This document shows, in pieces, positions 27,304-37,129 of a stretch of 64,000 nt of DNA. The translations under genes were made by a program, and so were the position numbers. This stretch comes from Candidatus Shapirobacteria bacterium. Lineage in GTDB: Bacteria; Patescibacteriota; Microgenomatia; UM-FILTER-40-11. The notes under the pieces were generated by a model that had not been told where the DNA came from, ran no database searches, and saw nothing but the letters and a program-made list of their open reading frames with translations. The stretch is from positions 2,414 through 66,413 of the forward strand of contig JAGVBK010000002.1 of the NCBI GenBank assembly GCA_020059745.1, read 5' to 3'. Position 1 is the first letter of the stretch. Every line of letters starts with the position of its first letter.

Positions 27304-27305
27304 AA

Positions 27306-28871
27306 TTGTGCCCGCTCCTCTGTGCAGAAAATAAGGTGTATAAAACACTATTAAATTTTTTTGAAAGAAAATATTGTGTTGTATTTTCTTATTTTCCTCA
27401 AGCTAGAAAATTATTCGACGATTCTTTAAATAATTTTCTACAAAATTTTCCACTTGACACGTCTCACAACACTCTTTTAAAAAATAAATTCACTCTTTTT
27501 CCAATAGTAAATGGATGGATTTCTTCTCATAAAATTAGGCTCTCCAAAGGCTTGCCACCTGATCTTAGTGATTTTACGTATATTGATTTCATTAGTTTTT
27601 TTCACCCTAACAGAAAAGTCAGATTAGCTTCTGATAAATTAAGAAGGAAGCTCGACCTGAATGTTACCTCAATTTGTAACTATAAATGTGAATATTGTTA
27701 TCAAAAAAGTAGAGACGATTGGAAAATAAGAGCTACCCGGGCAAAGGAAACCGAATTAAGTATTCTGGATCTAAAAAAAATAATTTTTGAATCAAGTTTA
27801 CTAGGTGCAAAATATATTAAGATTACTGGAGGAGAACCTTTAACCAAAGAAGGCCTTTTTGATTTAATTGAATATGCAATTAACATAAGAAGTTTGAAAG
27901 AGGTAGAACTCCTTTCTAACGGTTCAATCCTCGCCCTAAAGCTTAATAAACTAAGAAAGTCTATTAAGGGAAACGAGAAGAAATTTCACTTACATTTGTC
28001 AATCGATGGAATATCTAAGGAAGAAAAGAATAATAAGACCTCTATCTCTCACTTAAATAACATTAAAAAAATTATAAGCAGTTTACCGGATATCAAAATA
28101 AGCGTAAATTCAATGTGGTCTGGTTCTATAAGCTACTCACAATTAAAAAAACTTTATTTCATAATGTATAAATATAAAGTTTTCCGATGGACAATAAGTT
28201 TTCCATATCTTGTTAAAACATTAATTGCTGCAGTAAAAGTAAATCCAAATTATACTCCAAAATTTAAAACTGTGGTCCAACTTTCAGAAAAATTAATAAA
28301 ACTACACTCCCAAATGAAAAAACCTTTTAGAATTTCAATTCCGTTAATATATAAGCACGAATTTGATGATTCATTAGCTGAAATTGCCTCGGATGGATTT
28401 GAGGATCATCCCTGTGTCCCATGTCACGGCTCATATTTCATCATTGGGTCAAAGGGTGAGATTCTAGAGTGTTTACTTGCTCCTCCAGGTACTAAAACTA
28501 ATACTAAAACTAGTAACCTTTTAGAATCATTGATAGAAAGTACCGATTCTCCCTTTTATAACCTAAATAAGAGCGATGTTTCTAAAAATTGTAAAGGGTG
28601 CCGGTATGAGATGATGTGTTGTGGACAATGTGTTAATGATAAATCATACAATTTTAGCTACATCTTTAACAAGGAAAATGACTTTGGAAAAGACAAAACA
28701 GCATGTAGCTTGTTGACTCTCTCTGAAAGGTACATTTGGCCTAAGTTGGGCCACAAAGAAAGAAGAAAAATTTTTGCTAGGATCAACAAGAAGGGATTTA
28801 AACCAAACGTTTACAATAACATTTCTGATATGTTATCTGATAAAGAAAATGGAAAGAAAAATAATATTTGA
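27306..28871 (+). CDS. Radical SAM protein with SPASM-like C-terminal domain
   Basis: CNYKCEYC, TGGEPL, LSNG, SIDG; CVPC..GEILEC..CKGCRYEMMCCGQC..C; about 115-aa N-terminal extension. Confidence 0.9.
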   Translation: MCPLLCAENKVYKTLLNFFERKYCVVFSYFPQARKLFDDSLNNFLQNFPLDTSHNTLLKNKFTLFPIVNGWISSHKIRLSKGLPPDLSDFTYIDFISFFHPNRKVRLASDKLRRKLDLNVTSICNYKCEYCYQKSRDDWKIRATRAKETELSILDLKKIIFESSLLGAKYIKITGGEPLTKEGLFDLIEYAINIRSLKEVELLSNGSILALKLNKLRKSIKGNEKKFHLHLSIDGISKEEKNNKTSISHLNNIKKIISSLPDIKISVNSMWSGSISYSQLKKLYFIMYKYKVFRWTISFPYLVKTLIAAVKVNPNYTPKFKTVVQLSEKLIKLHSQMKKPFRISIPLIYKHEFDDSLAEIASDGFEDHPCVPCHGSYFIIGSKGEILECLLAPPGTKTNTKTSNLLESLIESTDSPFYNLNKSDVSKNCKGCRYEMMCCGQCVNDKSYNFSYIFNKENDFGKDKTACSLLTLSERYIWPKLGHKERRKIFARINKKGFKPNVYNNISDMLSDKENGKKNNI

Positions 28872-29802
28872 GCTTAAAACAACCTATTATTGCAATCTTT
28901 CTTGCAACTTTTGTGTTTTCTCTAAGAGAAAAAAAGGTAAAAGTTTTATAACCGATAAAGAAATTGAAATAATTTTTCATAGTATTCATAAGAAATATCC
29001 AAAAGTTGATTATTTTATTTATTCAGGAGGAGAACCTACAATAAGACCAAATTTTAAGAAAATTTTTAGTACTGTCCAAGACGTAATCAAACCGAAAGAA
29101 ACAATTGTTCACACAAATGGAATTAAAATCAATAAATTGTTAAGCGCAAAAAATGATTTTGCAATAAATTTTTCTGTTTTTTACTCCTTCCACACAATAA
29201 ATCCAAAAACACATTATAGATTCACTAACTCCAATAAGTTTGCTACGATCAAATCTAATCTATTAAAATTGATAAATAACGGCGTCACGGTTTTTACTAA
29301 TACTGTTGTTATGAAACCTAATCAACATGAAATTGAACAAATTGGAGATTTCTTAGCAAAAAGCAGGGTAAAAGCAATGGAATTTAGGTTCCCTTTTGGA
29401 ACAGAGAGCTTAATCAAGAAAAATCCGTGGATTCTCCCTGATAATTTTATTAGCATTGAAAAACAACTAGCTCGATTAATTACAAAATATTCTGACACTA
29501 TCGATATTTTTATTCATCCATCGGTTCCCTGTCTAATGAAAACAGTAAACACCTTTAACGATGAAGAAAGTATAAAATTAATAGAAGATCAGTCAAAACT
29601 GATATTTAAAAAGAACGTTGATTTTTATAATAAAAAAAATAGATTCATCTTTCTTGACACAAGGATGAGAATAATAACAGGAAATACACAACAAGGAGCA
29701 ATTAATAAGGGGGAAGATATTTTTACGAGAATCAGTTCATGTAGAAGCTGTATTTATAAGAACCTTTGCCTCGGAATCCCCAAAGAATTTCTAATCAAAT
29801 AG
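28849..29802 (+). CDS. Radical SAM protein with C-terminal CxxC-x5-CxG motif
   Basis: CNLSCNFC, SGGEPT, HTNG, CRSCIYKNLCLG; ATG 28849 overlaps the upstream gene end. Confidence 0.9.
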   Translation: MERKIIFELKTTYYCNLSCNFCVFSKRKKGKSFITDKEIEIIFHSIHKKYPKVDYFIYSGGEPTIRPNFKKIFSTVQDVIKPKETIVHTNGIKINKLLSAKNDFAINFSVFYSFHTINPKTHYRFTNSNKFATIKSNLLKLINNGVTVFTNTVVMKPNQHEIEQIGDFLAKSRVKAMEFRFPFGTESLIKKNPWILPDNFISIEKQLARLITKYSDTIDIFIHPSVPCLMKTVNTFNDEESIKLIEDQSKLIFKKNVDFYNKKNRFIFLDTRMRIITGNTQQGAINKGEDIFTRISSCRSCIYKNLCLGIPKEFLIK

Positions 29803-30751
29803 CTTGTTTTCCAAAAATAAACTCTTTTATGTTTTGGCCTGCAATCTGTCTAACTACATCAACATAACCAGCCTTAAGTAATTTATTCAAAATAGCAACT
29901 TCGTCCTTGTAAGAAAAATTGACAACGAGTTTCCCGCTTTTATCAGAAAACGAGCCAAAAGGAGCATCTGTTCCCCAAATTAATTTACTACCAATTAGTG
30001 AGTACAAGTTTAATACAACATCAATAACATCCCCATAGTCCAACTCAACAATTCTGGAAGAGAGGTATCTTTCCCTTAAACCCTTGTTCTGTGCAAAATA
30101 ACAGAGGCTAACCAAAGGAGAAGTATCAATATATAAATTTGGCAGGCATGCAACTTTTTCTAAAATTGCTTTATCAAATCCTGCTAAATGAGCCAAGCCG
30201 ACACGAATATTGGGATGGTGTTTTGCGAAAGTGACAACAAGATCTGCTTTTGTATTTTCTTGTTTTCCTGTGTGAAAAATGATTGGAATGTCTTTCTCTT
30301 CAACAATAGACAAAAGCCTATCATCAACATCAGATGGAGTCGATCTTGTGGCTAATGTGTGAATTTTTATTCCAAAAAATTGTCTCTCCAATCTTAAGTA
30401 CTCACATTGTTCCAGCACTTTTTCTTTCGGGTCAAAAGCTAAAAATGGAAAGAAAAAACTATCTGCGTTTTCAATTTTAATCTCTCTTAGTAAAGAGCTA
30501 TTTTCCACCTGATAAGGAAAATCTTCTAAACCCGAAGGCTCCCAACTTCCGAATTTGAGAATTTTTGTTGGGTTATAGTATAGAGTTCCGGGAAAAGGAA
30601 AAATTACTGCTTTAGAAATTCCACCTTCCGATATCTCGCTTATTGTTTCTTTTAAACTGTGAGTCGATGGTATTCTCGGGGTGTAATAATTTAAAAAATC
30701 GATGCCCGTAGCGTGAATGTGAGAATCAATTAACTCAATCTCTTTTCTCAT
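29795..30751 (-). CDS. Amidohydrolase family (TIM-barrel metallohydrolase)
   Basis: IDSHIH, GIKIH, IIFHTG, LAHLAG, YIDTS, IWGTDAP. Confidence 0.88.
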   Translation of the reverse strand: MRKEIELIDSHIHATGIDFLNYYTPRIPSTHSLKETISEISEGGISKAVIFPFPGTLYYNPTKILKFGSWEPSGLEDFPYQVENSSLLREIKIENADSFFFPFLAFDPKEKVLEQCEYLRLERQFFGIKIHTLATRSTPSDVDDRLLSIVEEKDIPIIFHTGKQENTKADLVVTFAKHHPNIRVGLAHLAGFDKAILEKVACLPNLYIDTSPLVSLCYFAQNKGLRERYLSSRIVELDYGDVIDVVLNLYSLIGSKLIWGTDAPFGSFSDKSGKLVVNFSYKDEVAILNKLLKAGYVDVVRQIAGQNIKEFIFGKQAI

Positions 30752-30857
30752 ATAGTAGTGATAAATTTGTTGCTATTTTAGCATAATTAATTTAAATTAA
30801 GGAAATACAAGATATTATCTTGCTATAACAACCAGTAATCCTGGTATAATTTAATAA

Positions 30858-30965
30858 ATGAATTTAACCAAAAAACAAAAAAAACTTTGGACCTTTATTG
30901 TCTTTGTGGCTACAGTCGCTTTAATTCTGACCTCAATGGCACCTTTTCTGACCGCAATTTTTTAA
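30858..30965 (+). CDS. Small 35-aa single-TM protein
   Basis: MNLTKKQKKLWTFIVFVATVALILTSMAPFLTAIF*; TGGTATAAT 7 nt upstream. Confidence 0.65.
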   Translation: MNLTKKQKKLWTFIVFVATVALILTSMAPFLTAIF

Positions 30966-30978
30966 AAAGCCTAAGACT

Positions 30979-32991
30979 ATGAATATAAAGGACCCTGTTG
31001 AAAAACTTCCTTTGGTTGGCCCCACTTTTGCCAAAAGGCTTGGCAAACTAAAGATTGAATCCATAGAAGACTTAATAAACCACTTACCCTTTCGCTATGA
31101 TGATTTTTCTCTTATTTCGCCAATTGGCAAAGTTCAGCCAGGTGAAACGGTTACTGTTAAAGGAACAATAGAACAAATCTCAAATGAATACACTAAAAAC
31201 GGCAAAAAGATCCAAAAAGCGGTAATTTCAGACTCAAGCGGTAAAATTGAGGTAATCTGGTTTAATCAGCCCTTTTTAGCAAGAACAATTAAAAAAGGAA
31301 GTCTCTATAATCTTTCCGGTAAAATTGAGTGGTTCGGAAGGCAAAAAGTTCTGCTTTCTCCTGAATATGAGCAACTAAGAGGAGAGACAGGCATTCATAC
31401 CGGAAGGCTGGTGCCTGTTTACCCGGAAACATACGGTATTTCCTCTAAATGGCTGCGCTCCAGAATAAAAACCGCGCTTGAATATTTTAAAGACTCCGTC
31501 GAAGAGTTTCTTCCTCCTGATTTAGTCAGCAAAGAGGGTCTGCTTTCAGAAAAAGAAGCCGTTTCTGAAATTCATTTTCCAAAAAACAAGGAATCTGCTT
31601 TAAAAGCCAGGCACAGACTTTGTTTTGACGAACTTTTTTTAATTCAGCTTGCCGCTTTATTAAGAAAAAAAGAGTGGCAGGAGAAAACCGTAGGAAAAGC
31701 ATTTATTATTGACGAAGAAAAAATTAATGATTTTATCCTTAGTTTGCCTTTTAAACTTACAAGTGCCCAAGAAAGGGTAGTCGGGGAAATTCTTAAAGAC
31801 CTAAGAAAGGCCCAACCCATGAACAGGCTTCTACAAGGCGATGTTGGCAGTGGAAAAACTGTTGTTGCGGCGGTAGCGGTCTTAGCCGCATATTTAAACG
31901 GATACAGTTCCTTAATTATGGCTCCCACAGAAATTCTGGCAAACCAGCACTTTAAAACACTTAGTCAATACCTAAAACCACTAGGCATAGAAGTACGCCT
32001 GGTAACCGGAAGCAGGAAAATGAAGGCAGCCGGGGAAAATCCGGAGGTAGTAGTCGGCACTCATTCTCTTTTGTTCCAGGATTTTGACCCGAAAAAAATT
32101 GGCTTAGTGGTCATAGATGAGCAACACCGCTTTGGGGTGGAACAAAGGTCTGTTTTGGCGGGCAAAGGTGTTTCTCCCCATTTTTTAACCATGACCGCCA
32201 CCCCCATCCCAAGAACAATTGCCTTAACTCTTTTTGGAGATCTTGACTTATCAGTTATTGATGAGCTTCCTCTGGGTAGGATAAAGGTAAAAACTTGGGT
32301 AGTGCCAAAACAAAAAAGGCAAGATGCTTATTCCTGGATCAAGAAAAGAGTCAAAGATACCAAAGAGCAGGCGTTTATTATTTGCCCCCTTATTGAAGAG
32401 TCAGAGTCTCTGGCTTCAGTAAAAGCTGTTAACAAAGAATACGAAATTTTATCAAAAGAGGTCTTTCCGGATCTAAAAATAGGGCTTCTTCACGGACGGA
32501 TAAAGCCGAAAGAAAAAGAAGAAGTTTTAACTAAATTCAGAGAAGGAGAGTATGACCTGCTTTTATCAACGCCTGTCGTTGAAGTGGGGATTGATATTCC
32601 CAACGCTACCATCATGCTTATTGAAGCAGCGGAGCGGTTCGGCCTGGCTCAACTTCACCAGCTTAGGGGAAGAGTTGGCAGAAATAATATGGAATCTTTT
32701 TGCCTTCTTTTTACAGAAAATGAAGTGCTTCCGGTTTTAAGAAGGCTTAAAACTATGGAGCAAACTAATATCGGCATGGAACTTGCAGAAATTGACCTTA
32801 AGCTGAGGGGACCTGGGGAAGTTTACGGCACAAGGCAACATGGTTTTCCTGATCTTAAAGTTGCTTCCTTTGCCGATTTTGGCTTGATTGAAAAAACAAG
32901 AAAGGCAGCCGAGGAAGTCGCCTTAAAAAAATTAGAGCCTCCCTTGCAATCACGCCTGAAAAATTATAAAATAGATTCTGTTACTAATTAA
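30979..32991 (+). CDS. recG: ATP-dependent DNA helicase RecG
   Basis: MNRLLQGDVGSGKT, APTEILA.QH, DEQHRFG, MTATPIPRT, QLHQLRGRVGR. Confidence 0.97.
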   Translation: MNIKDPVEKLPLVGPTFAKRLGKLKIESIEDLINHLPFRYDDFSLISPIGKVQPGETVTVKGTIEQISNEYTKNGKKIQKAVISDSSGKIEVIWFNQPFLARTIKKGSLYNLSGKIEWFGRQKVLLSPEYEQLRGETGIHTGRLVPVYPETYGISSKWLRSRIKTALEYFKDSVEEFLPPDLVSKEGLLSEKEAVSEIHFPKNKESALKARHRLCFDELFLIQLAALLRKKEWQEKTVGKAFIIDEEKINDFILSLPFKLTSAQERVVGEILKDLRKAQPMNRLLQGDVGSGKTVVAAVAVLAAYLNGYSSLIMAPTEILANQHFKTLSQYLKPLGIEVRLVTGSRKMKAAGENPEVVVGTHSLLFQDFDPKKIGLVVIDEQHRFGVEQRSVLAGKGVSPHFLTMTATPIPRTIALTLFGDLDLSVIDELPLGRIKVKTWVVPKQKRQDAYSWIKKRVKDTKEQAFIICPLIEESESLASVKAVNKEYEILSKEVFPDLKIGLLHGRIKPKEKEEVLTKFREGEYDLLLSTPVVEVGIDIPNATIMLIEAAERFGLAQLHQLRGRVGRNNMESFCLLFTENEVLPVLRRLKTMEQTNIGMELAEIDLKLRGPGEVYGTRQHGFPDLKVASFADFGLIEKTRKAAEEVALKKLEPPLQSRLKNYKIDSVTN

Positions 32992-33052
32992 AAAATCAAA
33001 TTCTGACTACATTTTGCTTAGGATTCAGAATTTAGTGTTTAGAGTTTAAAAG

Positions 33053-33256
33053 ATGACCCCCCTACCAAAAAGACGCTGGTCAACCAGAAGGCAAGGTAAA
33101 AGAAGAGCTACCCATGTTGCGGGAAAGCCCATCATGGTTAAGTGTTCAAACTGCGGAGAATTAAGACAAAGTCATCATGCTTGCCCAAAGTGCGGTTTTT
33201 ACCGGGGTAGGCAAGTCCTACCTGTCGGCAGGCAGGCATTACCAGTAGCCTCATAA
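33053..33256 (+). CDS. rpmF: 50S ribosomal protein L32
   Basis: LPKRRWS..CSNCG..HHACPKCGFYRGRQ. Confidence 0.93.
   Translation: MTPLPKRRWSTRRQGKRRATHVAGKPIMVKCSNCGELRQSHHACPKCGFYRGRQVLPVGRQALPVAS
33217..33236. repeat. REP-like 20-bp near-palindrome inside rpmF
   Basis: CCTACCTGTCGGCAGGCAGG, 2 mismatches from the palindrome CCTGCCTGCCGGCAGGCAGG. Confidence 0.65.
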
Positions 33257-33264
33257 ACGATTAA

Positions 33265-33636
33265 GTGAAAACAAAAAGTGACCCCAGGCACTTAAAAAGA
33301 AGAGAGACTGTCCGCAGCCTCTTTTCCTATATTTTTCAAAAAGAACAACCTCTTTGTCCTCAGGCAAAGGAAGTTGTGTCAAATCTTGATTTTATTGATA
33401 AAGAAATTACCAGCTCAGCCCCTGAATGGCCGCTTGAAAGAATCAATAAAATTGATCTGGCTATACTAAGACTTGCAGTTTATGAACTTTTAATCCAAAA
33501 AAAGGAACCGCCAAAAGTGATTATTGACGAAGCGGTTGAGCTTGCCAAAGAATTCGGCTCGGAAAATTCTGCCGCTTTTATTAACGGTGTACTCGGGAAT
33601 ATACTTAAAATAAGAGAAAATGAACTTACTCAATAA
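33265..33636 (+). CDS. nusB: Transcription antitermination factor NusB
   Basis: WPLERINKIDLAILRLAVYEL..VIIDEAVELAKEFG..FINGVL. Confidence 0.95.
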   Translation: MKTKSDPRHLKRRETVRSLFSYIFQKEQPLCPQAKEVVSNLDFIDKEITSSAPEWPLERINKIDLAILRLAVYELLIQKKEPPKVIIDEAVELAKEFGSENSAAFINGVLGNILKIRENELTQ

Positions 33637-34324
33637 CACAAACCGTTTAGAGGAAAGTCTTGGAGTAACTTTCGAAAATAAAGAGCTTCTTGAAAGGGCA
33701 ATGACCCACCGTTCTTTTCTTAATGAAGCTAAAAATCCGGAAATTAAGTCAAATGAAAGGCTTGAGTTTTTAGGAGACTCTATTCTTTCTTTTTGGGTTT
33801 CAGAACAGATTTTCAAGGAATTTCCAGATTTGCCCGAAGGAAAGCTTACCCACATAAGAACACATCTGGTGAGAACAGAAACTTTAACAAAACTAGCCCG
33901 AAAACTTAATTTGGGAGAGTTTCTTTTAATGAGCAAGGGTGAAGAATTGGGCGGAGGAAGAGAAAACCCGCTTTTACTGGCCAACTGTTTTGAAGCAGTA
34001 ATTGGAGCAGTCTATCTTGATCAGGGCATTGAAAAAGTTTCTTTGTTTCTTAAAAACAACTTTGAAGATCTGCTTTCACAAATTGATGATGTTGAAGCCT
34101 TAAAAGACAGTAAAAGCCTACTTCAGGAACTCGTCCAGGCAGAAGGGCATCTTTCTCCCGTTTATAAGCTCATTTCTTCTTCAGGCCCTGACCACCAAAA
34201 AGTTTTTACCATGGGTGTCTTTATTGATGAAAGATTAATTGCCCAGGGAACCAGCCGTTCAAAACAAGAAGCAGAAGAAGAGTCAGCCAAGAAGGCGCTT
34301 GAGATTCTGGGTAAAATCAAGTAA
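33620..34324 (+). CDS. rnc: Ribonuclease III
   Basis: NERLEFLGDSIL, EAVIGAVYLD, dsRBD DSKSLLQE..GPDH. Confidence 0.97.
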   Translation: MNLLNNTNRLEESLGVTFENKELLERAMTHRSFLNEAKNPEIKSNERLEFLGDSILSFWVSEQIFKEFPDLPEGKLTHIRTHLVRTETLTKLARKLNLGEFLLMSKGEELGGGRENPLLLANCFEAVIGAVYLDQGIEKVSLFLKNNFEDLLSQIDDVEALKDSKSLLQELVQAEGHLSPVYKLISSSGPDHQKVFTMGVFIDERLIAQGTSRSKQEAEEESAKKALEILGKIK

Positions 34325-34336
34325 AATACTAAAACT

Positions 34337-34591
34337 ATGTCTGTAAGTTTAAGACTATCATTAGTTGGAAAAAGAAATCGGCCGATTTATAGAATCGTGG
34401 CCAGCCAAACCCGCTACAAAAGAAACGGTAAAAGCTTGGACCAGCTCGGAGCTTTTAACCCAAACGTTAACCCGCCGATTTTTGAGCTTGACCGCAAAAA
34501 GTTTGAAGAGTGGGTTAAAAAAGGTGCTATTATTTCTACCGGGCTTTATAAACTTTTAAAAGAAAATAACATTCCGCTTCCTATAAAATGA
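34337..34591 (+). CDS. rpsP: 30S ribosomal protein S16
   Basis: LRLSLVGKRNRPIYRIV..RNGK..LG.FNP..W..KGA. Confidence 0.95.
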   Translation: MSVSLRLSLVGKRNRPIYRIVASQTRYKRNGKSLDQLGAFNPNVNPPIFELDRKKFEEWVKKGAIISTGLYKLLKENNIPLPIK

Positions 34592-34824
34592 AAGATTTTT
34601 TGTTAAAAATCGTTGCTTTAATCGCCGACAATCCGGAAAATATTGAAATCACTGAAGAAACAGAAGAAAACCTGAAAATTTACACCATTAGTGTTCCTGA
34701 AGAGGAAATGGGCAGGATCATTGGTAAAGGTGGAAAAGTGATAAGCGCGATCAGAAATTTGGCCAGACTAAAAGCAAGCAGAAACAACGAAAAAATTCTG
34801 GTCAGGGTGAACCCTAAAAGTTAA
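34588..34824 (+). CDS. khpA: KH-domain RNA-binding protein KhpA
   Basis: MGRIIGKGGKVISAIR; follows rpsP. Confidence 0.88.
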   Translation: MKDFLLKIVALIADNPENIEITEETEENLKIYTISVPEEEMGRIIGKGGKVISAIRNLARLKASRNNEKILVRVNPKS

Positions 34825-35573
34825 AAAGGAAAGGGATTTTCTTTTCCCACGGTAATGACTTCTTCTCCTTCAGAGGCAGCTAAAGGCTCATACCTCTTAT
34901 AGTTCTTCAAGGTTTCGACTGTTTCTCTGTCCTGGCTTGAAACTTTAGGCAAAGGCTCTTCAGGTTTACCCAAAGTCTTAGGCAGGGGGCCAAAATAACT
35001 CATAATGCTGATTTTCCCGGAAAAATCTGCCAAAGAACCGCTTTCTGTGGCATTGACTGTGCCGAATTTGATGCGGTCAATGGTAACCAAAGGAAGCATT
35101 TTATCAATATTTTCAATCATTGCCTTCAAGTTTTCAAAGGGAGAGTTAAAATCGATTTCAATGGGAAGAGGGGATAGTTTTTTGCTTGCGGACTGAGTTG
35201 ACACTTCACCGGGCGTGAACTTAAAAGCCTCAATAAAAACACCATTTTCAGAAACAATCTGCTTTGACATAACCAAAGTCTGGTAAAAATCTTTTTCTGA
35301 AGGAACAGCGTCAAGAAGAAGCCTGGAATTTTCATAAAGTTCTGCCTCGGAAAGAGAGCTTAACTCGGCCGCTTTTTGGGAAAGTTGGCTTATTGTCTTT
35401 TCCTGTTTTTCAATCTTTTTTCTTGCTTCCTGAATTTGGCGGGTTTTAGGAATAATTAAAAAGACAACTCCCAAAACCACTAAAAAAATTGCCACAAGAG
35501 GAATTAAATACTCCTCCAGTGTTGTTTTTATTTTCTCAGGGTTAATTTTAAAGTCTTTAATGTCTTGACTCAT
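34821..35573 (-). CDS. pilO: Type IV pilus PilO-like protein
   Basis: TM + coiled coil, C-terminal GKENPF; third gene of the pilM operon. Confidence 0.65.
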   Translation of the reverse strand: MSQDIKDFKINPEKIKTTLEEYLIPLVAIFLVVLGVVFLIIPKTRQIQEARKKIEKQEKTISQLSQKAAELSSLSEAELYENSRLLLDAVPSEKDFYQTLVMSKQIVSENGVFIEAFKFTPGEVSTQSASKKLSPLPIEIDFNSPFENLKAMIENIDKMLPLVTIDRIKFGTVNATESGSLADFSGKISIMSYFGPLPKTLGKPEEPLPKVSSQDRETVETLKNYKRYEPLAASEGEEVITVGKENPFPF

Positions 35574-36106
35574 TTCTTAAAATCAAGGTTAATAAAATAT
35601 CTGCCGTCCACAGTCCTGTTTACAGTCTCAAAAACAATTTCCTTATATTTATTCTCGGCTTTTATTTCCTCCACCTTGTTATTTAACTCAGTTAAACAAG
35701 CTACGCCCGCACATCTTCCCTCAATCTTCATATCTCCTTTGGCACCAAAATCCAAACCTGTTATATTCAAATCTTCAACATAAATTTTCTCAAGATCCTG
35801 CATTGAGTTGGCATAAGCTTTTCTGCTTTCAAGAATTGAGTTTACGTGCCTGACTCTGTCTGCAATTGTCACAAGATATGACTCGTTTTTCTCCAAAGCC
35901 TTTATCTGATTCTCCAGGGCAGTGATTTTTTTCCCATTGTTCTTAAACTTCTGGTTTAAAATAATTACAAAGCCAATTACCAGGCAGGCCATAACAATAA
36001 AAACGCCGACAAAAACAAAAGAGGCTGATTTAACCTTTCCTTTTACTTTTTGCTCTTTGGCAATTTTTCTTGCCTCTAAACTGATTAAATTAATACCTTT
36101 GTTCAT
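35570..36106 (-). CDS. pilN: Type IV pilus PilN-like protein
   Basis: N-terminal INLI motif, TM, coiled coil. Confidence 0.75.
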   Translation of the reverse strand: MNKGINLISLEARKIAKEQKVKGKVKSASFVFVGVFIVMACLVIGFVIILNQKFKNNGKKITALENQIKALEKNESYLVTIADRVRHVNSILESRKAYANSMQDLEKIYVEDLNITGLDFGAKGDMKIEGRCAGVACLTELNNKVEEIKAENKYKEIVFETVNRTVDGRYFINLDFKK

Positions 36107-36112
36107 AGTAAG

Positions 36113-37129
36113 CTAGTCTTTCATTGCCAAACCAATGGCAACGGTGAACATGGGAGAAATTTTTCTTAAGGCTTGCATGCTTTGCTCATCGGTCTTTACC
36201 AAAGAAAAAGGGTCGGCAATTTGAACTTCAAGCCCTAAACCTCTGGTAAAATATTCAGCTAAGCCCGGGAGCAGGGAAGACCCTCCGGAAAGAACCATTA
36301 AGCGCAAAGGATCTTTTTGCTTTTCCTGGTAAAAATGAAGAGCCTTTTTAATCTCATTGCTTACTACCTCAATTATCGGAGCAATTGAGTTAGCAATTTT
36401 TCCCTCAAGCTGATTAGTTAAACCATATGCTTTTTTGTATTCCTCGGCAGTGGCAAGATCAAGGTTGAGAGAAGCACCCAAAGCCCTGGTAATGGCTTCT
36501 CCTGCGGTAGGAAATCTTCTGGAAAGAAAAAGGCTTCCTTTGTTAATAATGGCAACATCCAGTGATTTTGAGCCAATATTAACCAACAAAATGTTTCCCT
36601 GGCTTGAAATCGGCCTTAAACAGCGCACAGAGGCAAGAAGCTCGGTTTCCAAAGCAATTGGTTCAAGCTCAGCCAATTTTAGTATGCGCAAGTATTTGTC
36701 AATTAAGGTTTTTGGTGCTGCCACAATAAGCACCTTCATTTTATTTCTTCTTCGGCTTTCCTCATCATCAATAATCTGCCAGTCAAGATTGACCTCGGCA
36801 ATGGGCTGGGGAATAAGGTTTTCCGCCTCCCAAGGAATTGCCTGGGCTAACTCGTCGTTATTCATTTTTGGAACTTCAATTATCTGGTTAAAAACGCTTC
36901 TTTCCGGCAGCGCCACGACGACTGAGTTTGAATCCACTTTAATCTCGCCTTTAAGCCTTTTTATAGACTCTGCTATGGCCATGAAATCTTTCTCTGCTTC
37001 AGAAGCAAGTCCCGGAGCAGGAGTTTTAATCATACCGGCAGTAACTACCCGGAAAGCTCCTTCCTTGCCTTCAAGTTGAACTATTTTTATGCTATCAGAA
37101 CCAATATCAAGACCAAAATGTCTGGACAT
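36113..37129 (-). CDS. pilM: Type IV pilus assembly protein PilM
   Basis: FGLDIGSDSIKIV, actin-like fold, LSGGSSLLPGL, VAIGLAM. Confidence 0.93.
   Translation of the reverse strand: MSRHFGLDIGSDSIKIVQLEGKEGAFRVVTAGMIKTPAPGLASEAEKDFMAIAESIKRLKGEIKVDSNSVVVALPERSVFNQIIEVPKMNNDELAQAIPWEAENLIPQPIAEVNLDWQIIDDEESRRRNKMKVLIVAAPKTLIDKYLRILKLAELEPIALETELLASVRCLRPISSQGNILLVNIGSKSLDVAIINKGSLFLSRRFPTAGEAITRALGASLNLDLATAEEYKKAYGLTNQLEGKIANSIAPIIEVVSNEIKKALHFYQEKQKDPLRLMVLSGGSSLLPGLAEYFTRGLGLEVQIADPFSLVKTDEQSMQALRKISPMFTVAIGLAMKD

Noticed and set aside
36435-37079. 214-aa plus-strand ORF (and the many similar antisense ORFs in the track)
   Set aside because: Fully antisense to well-supported genes such as pilM; shadow frames.
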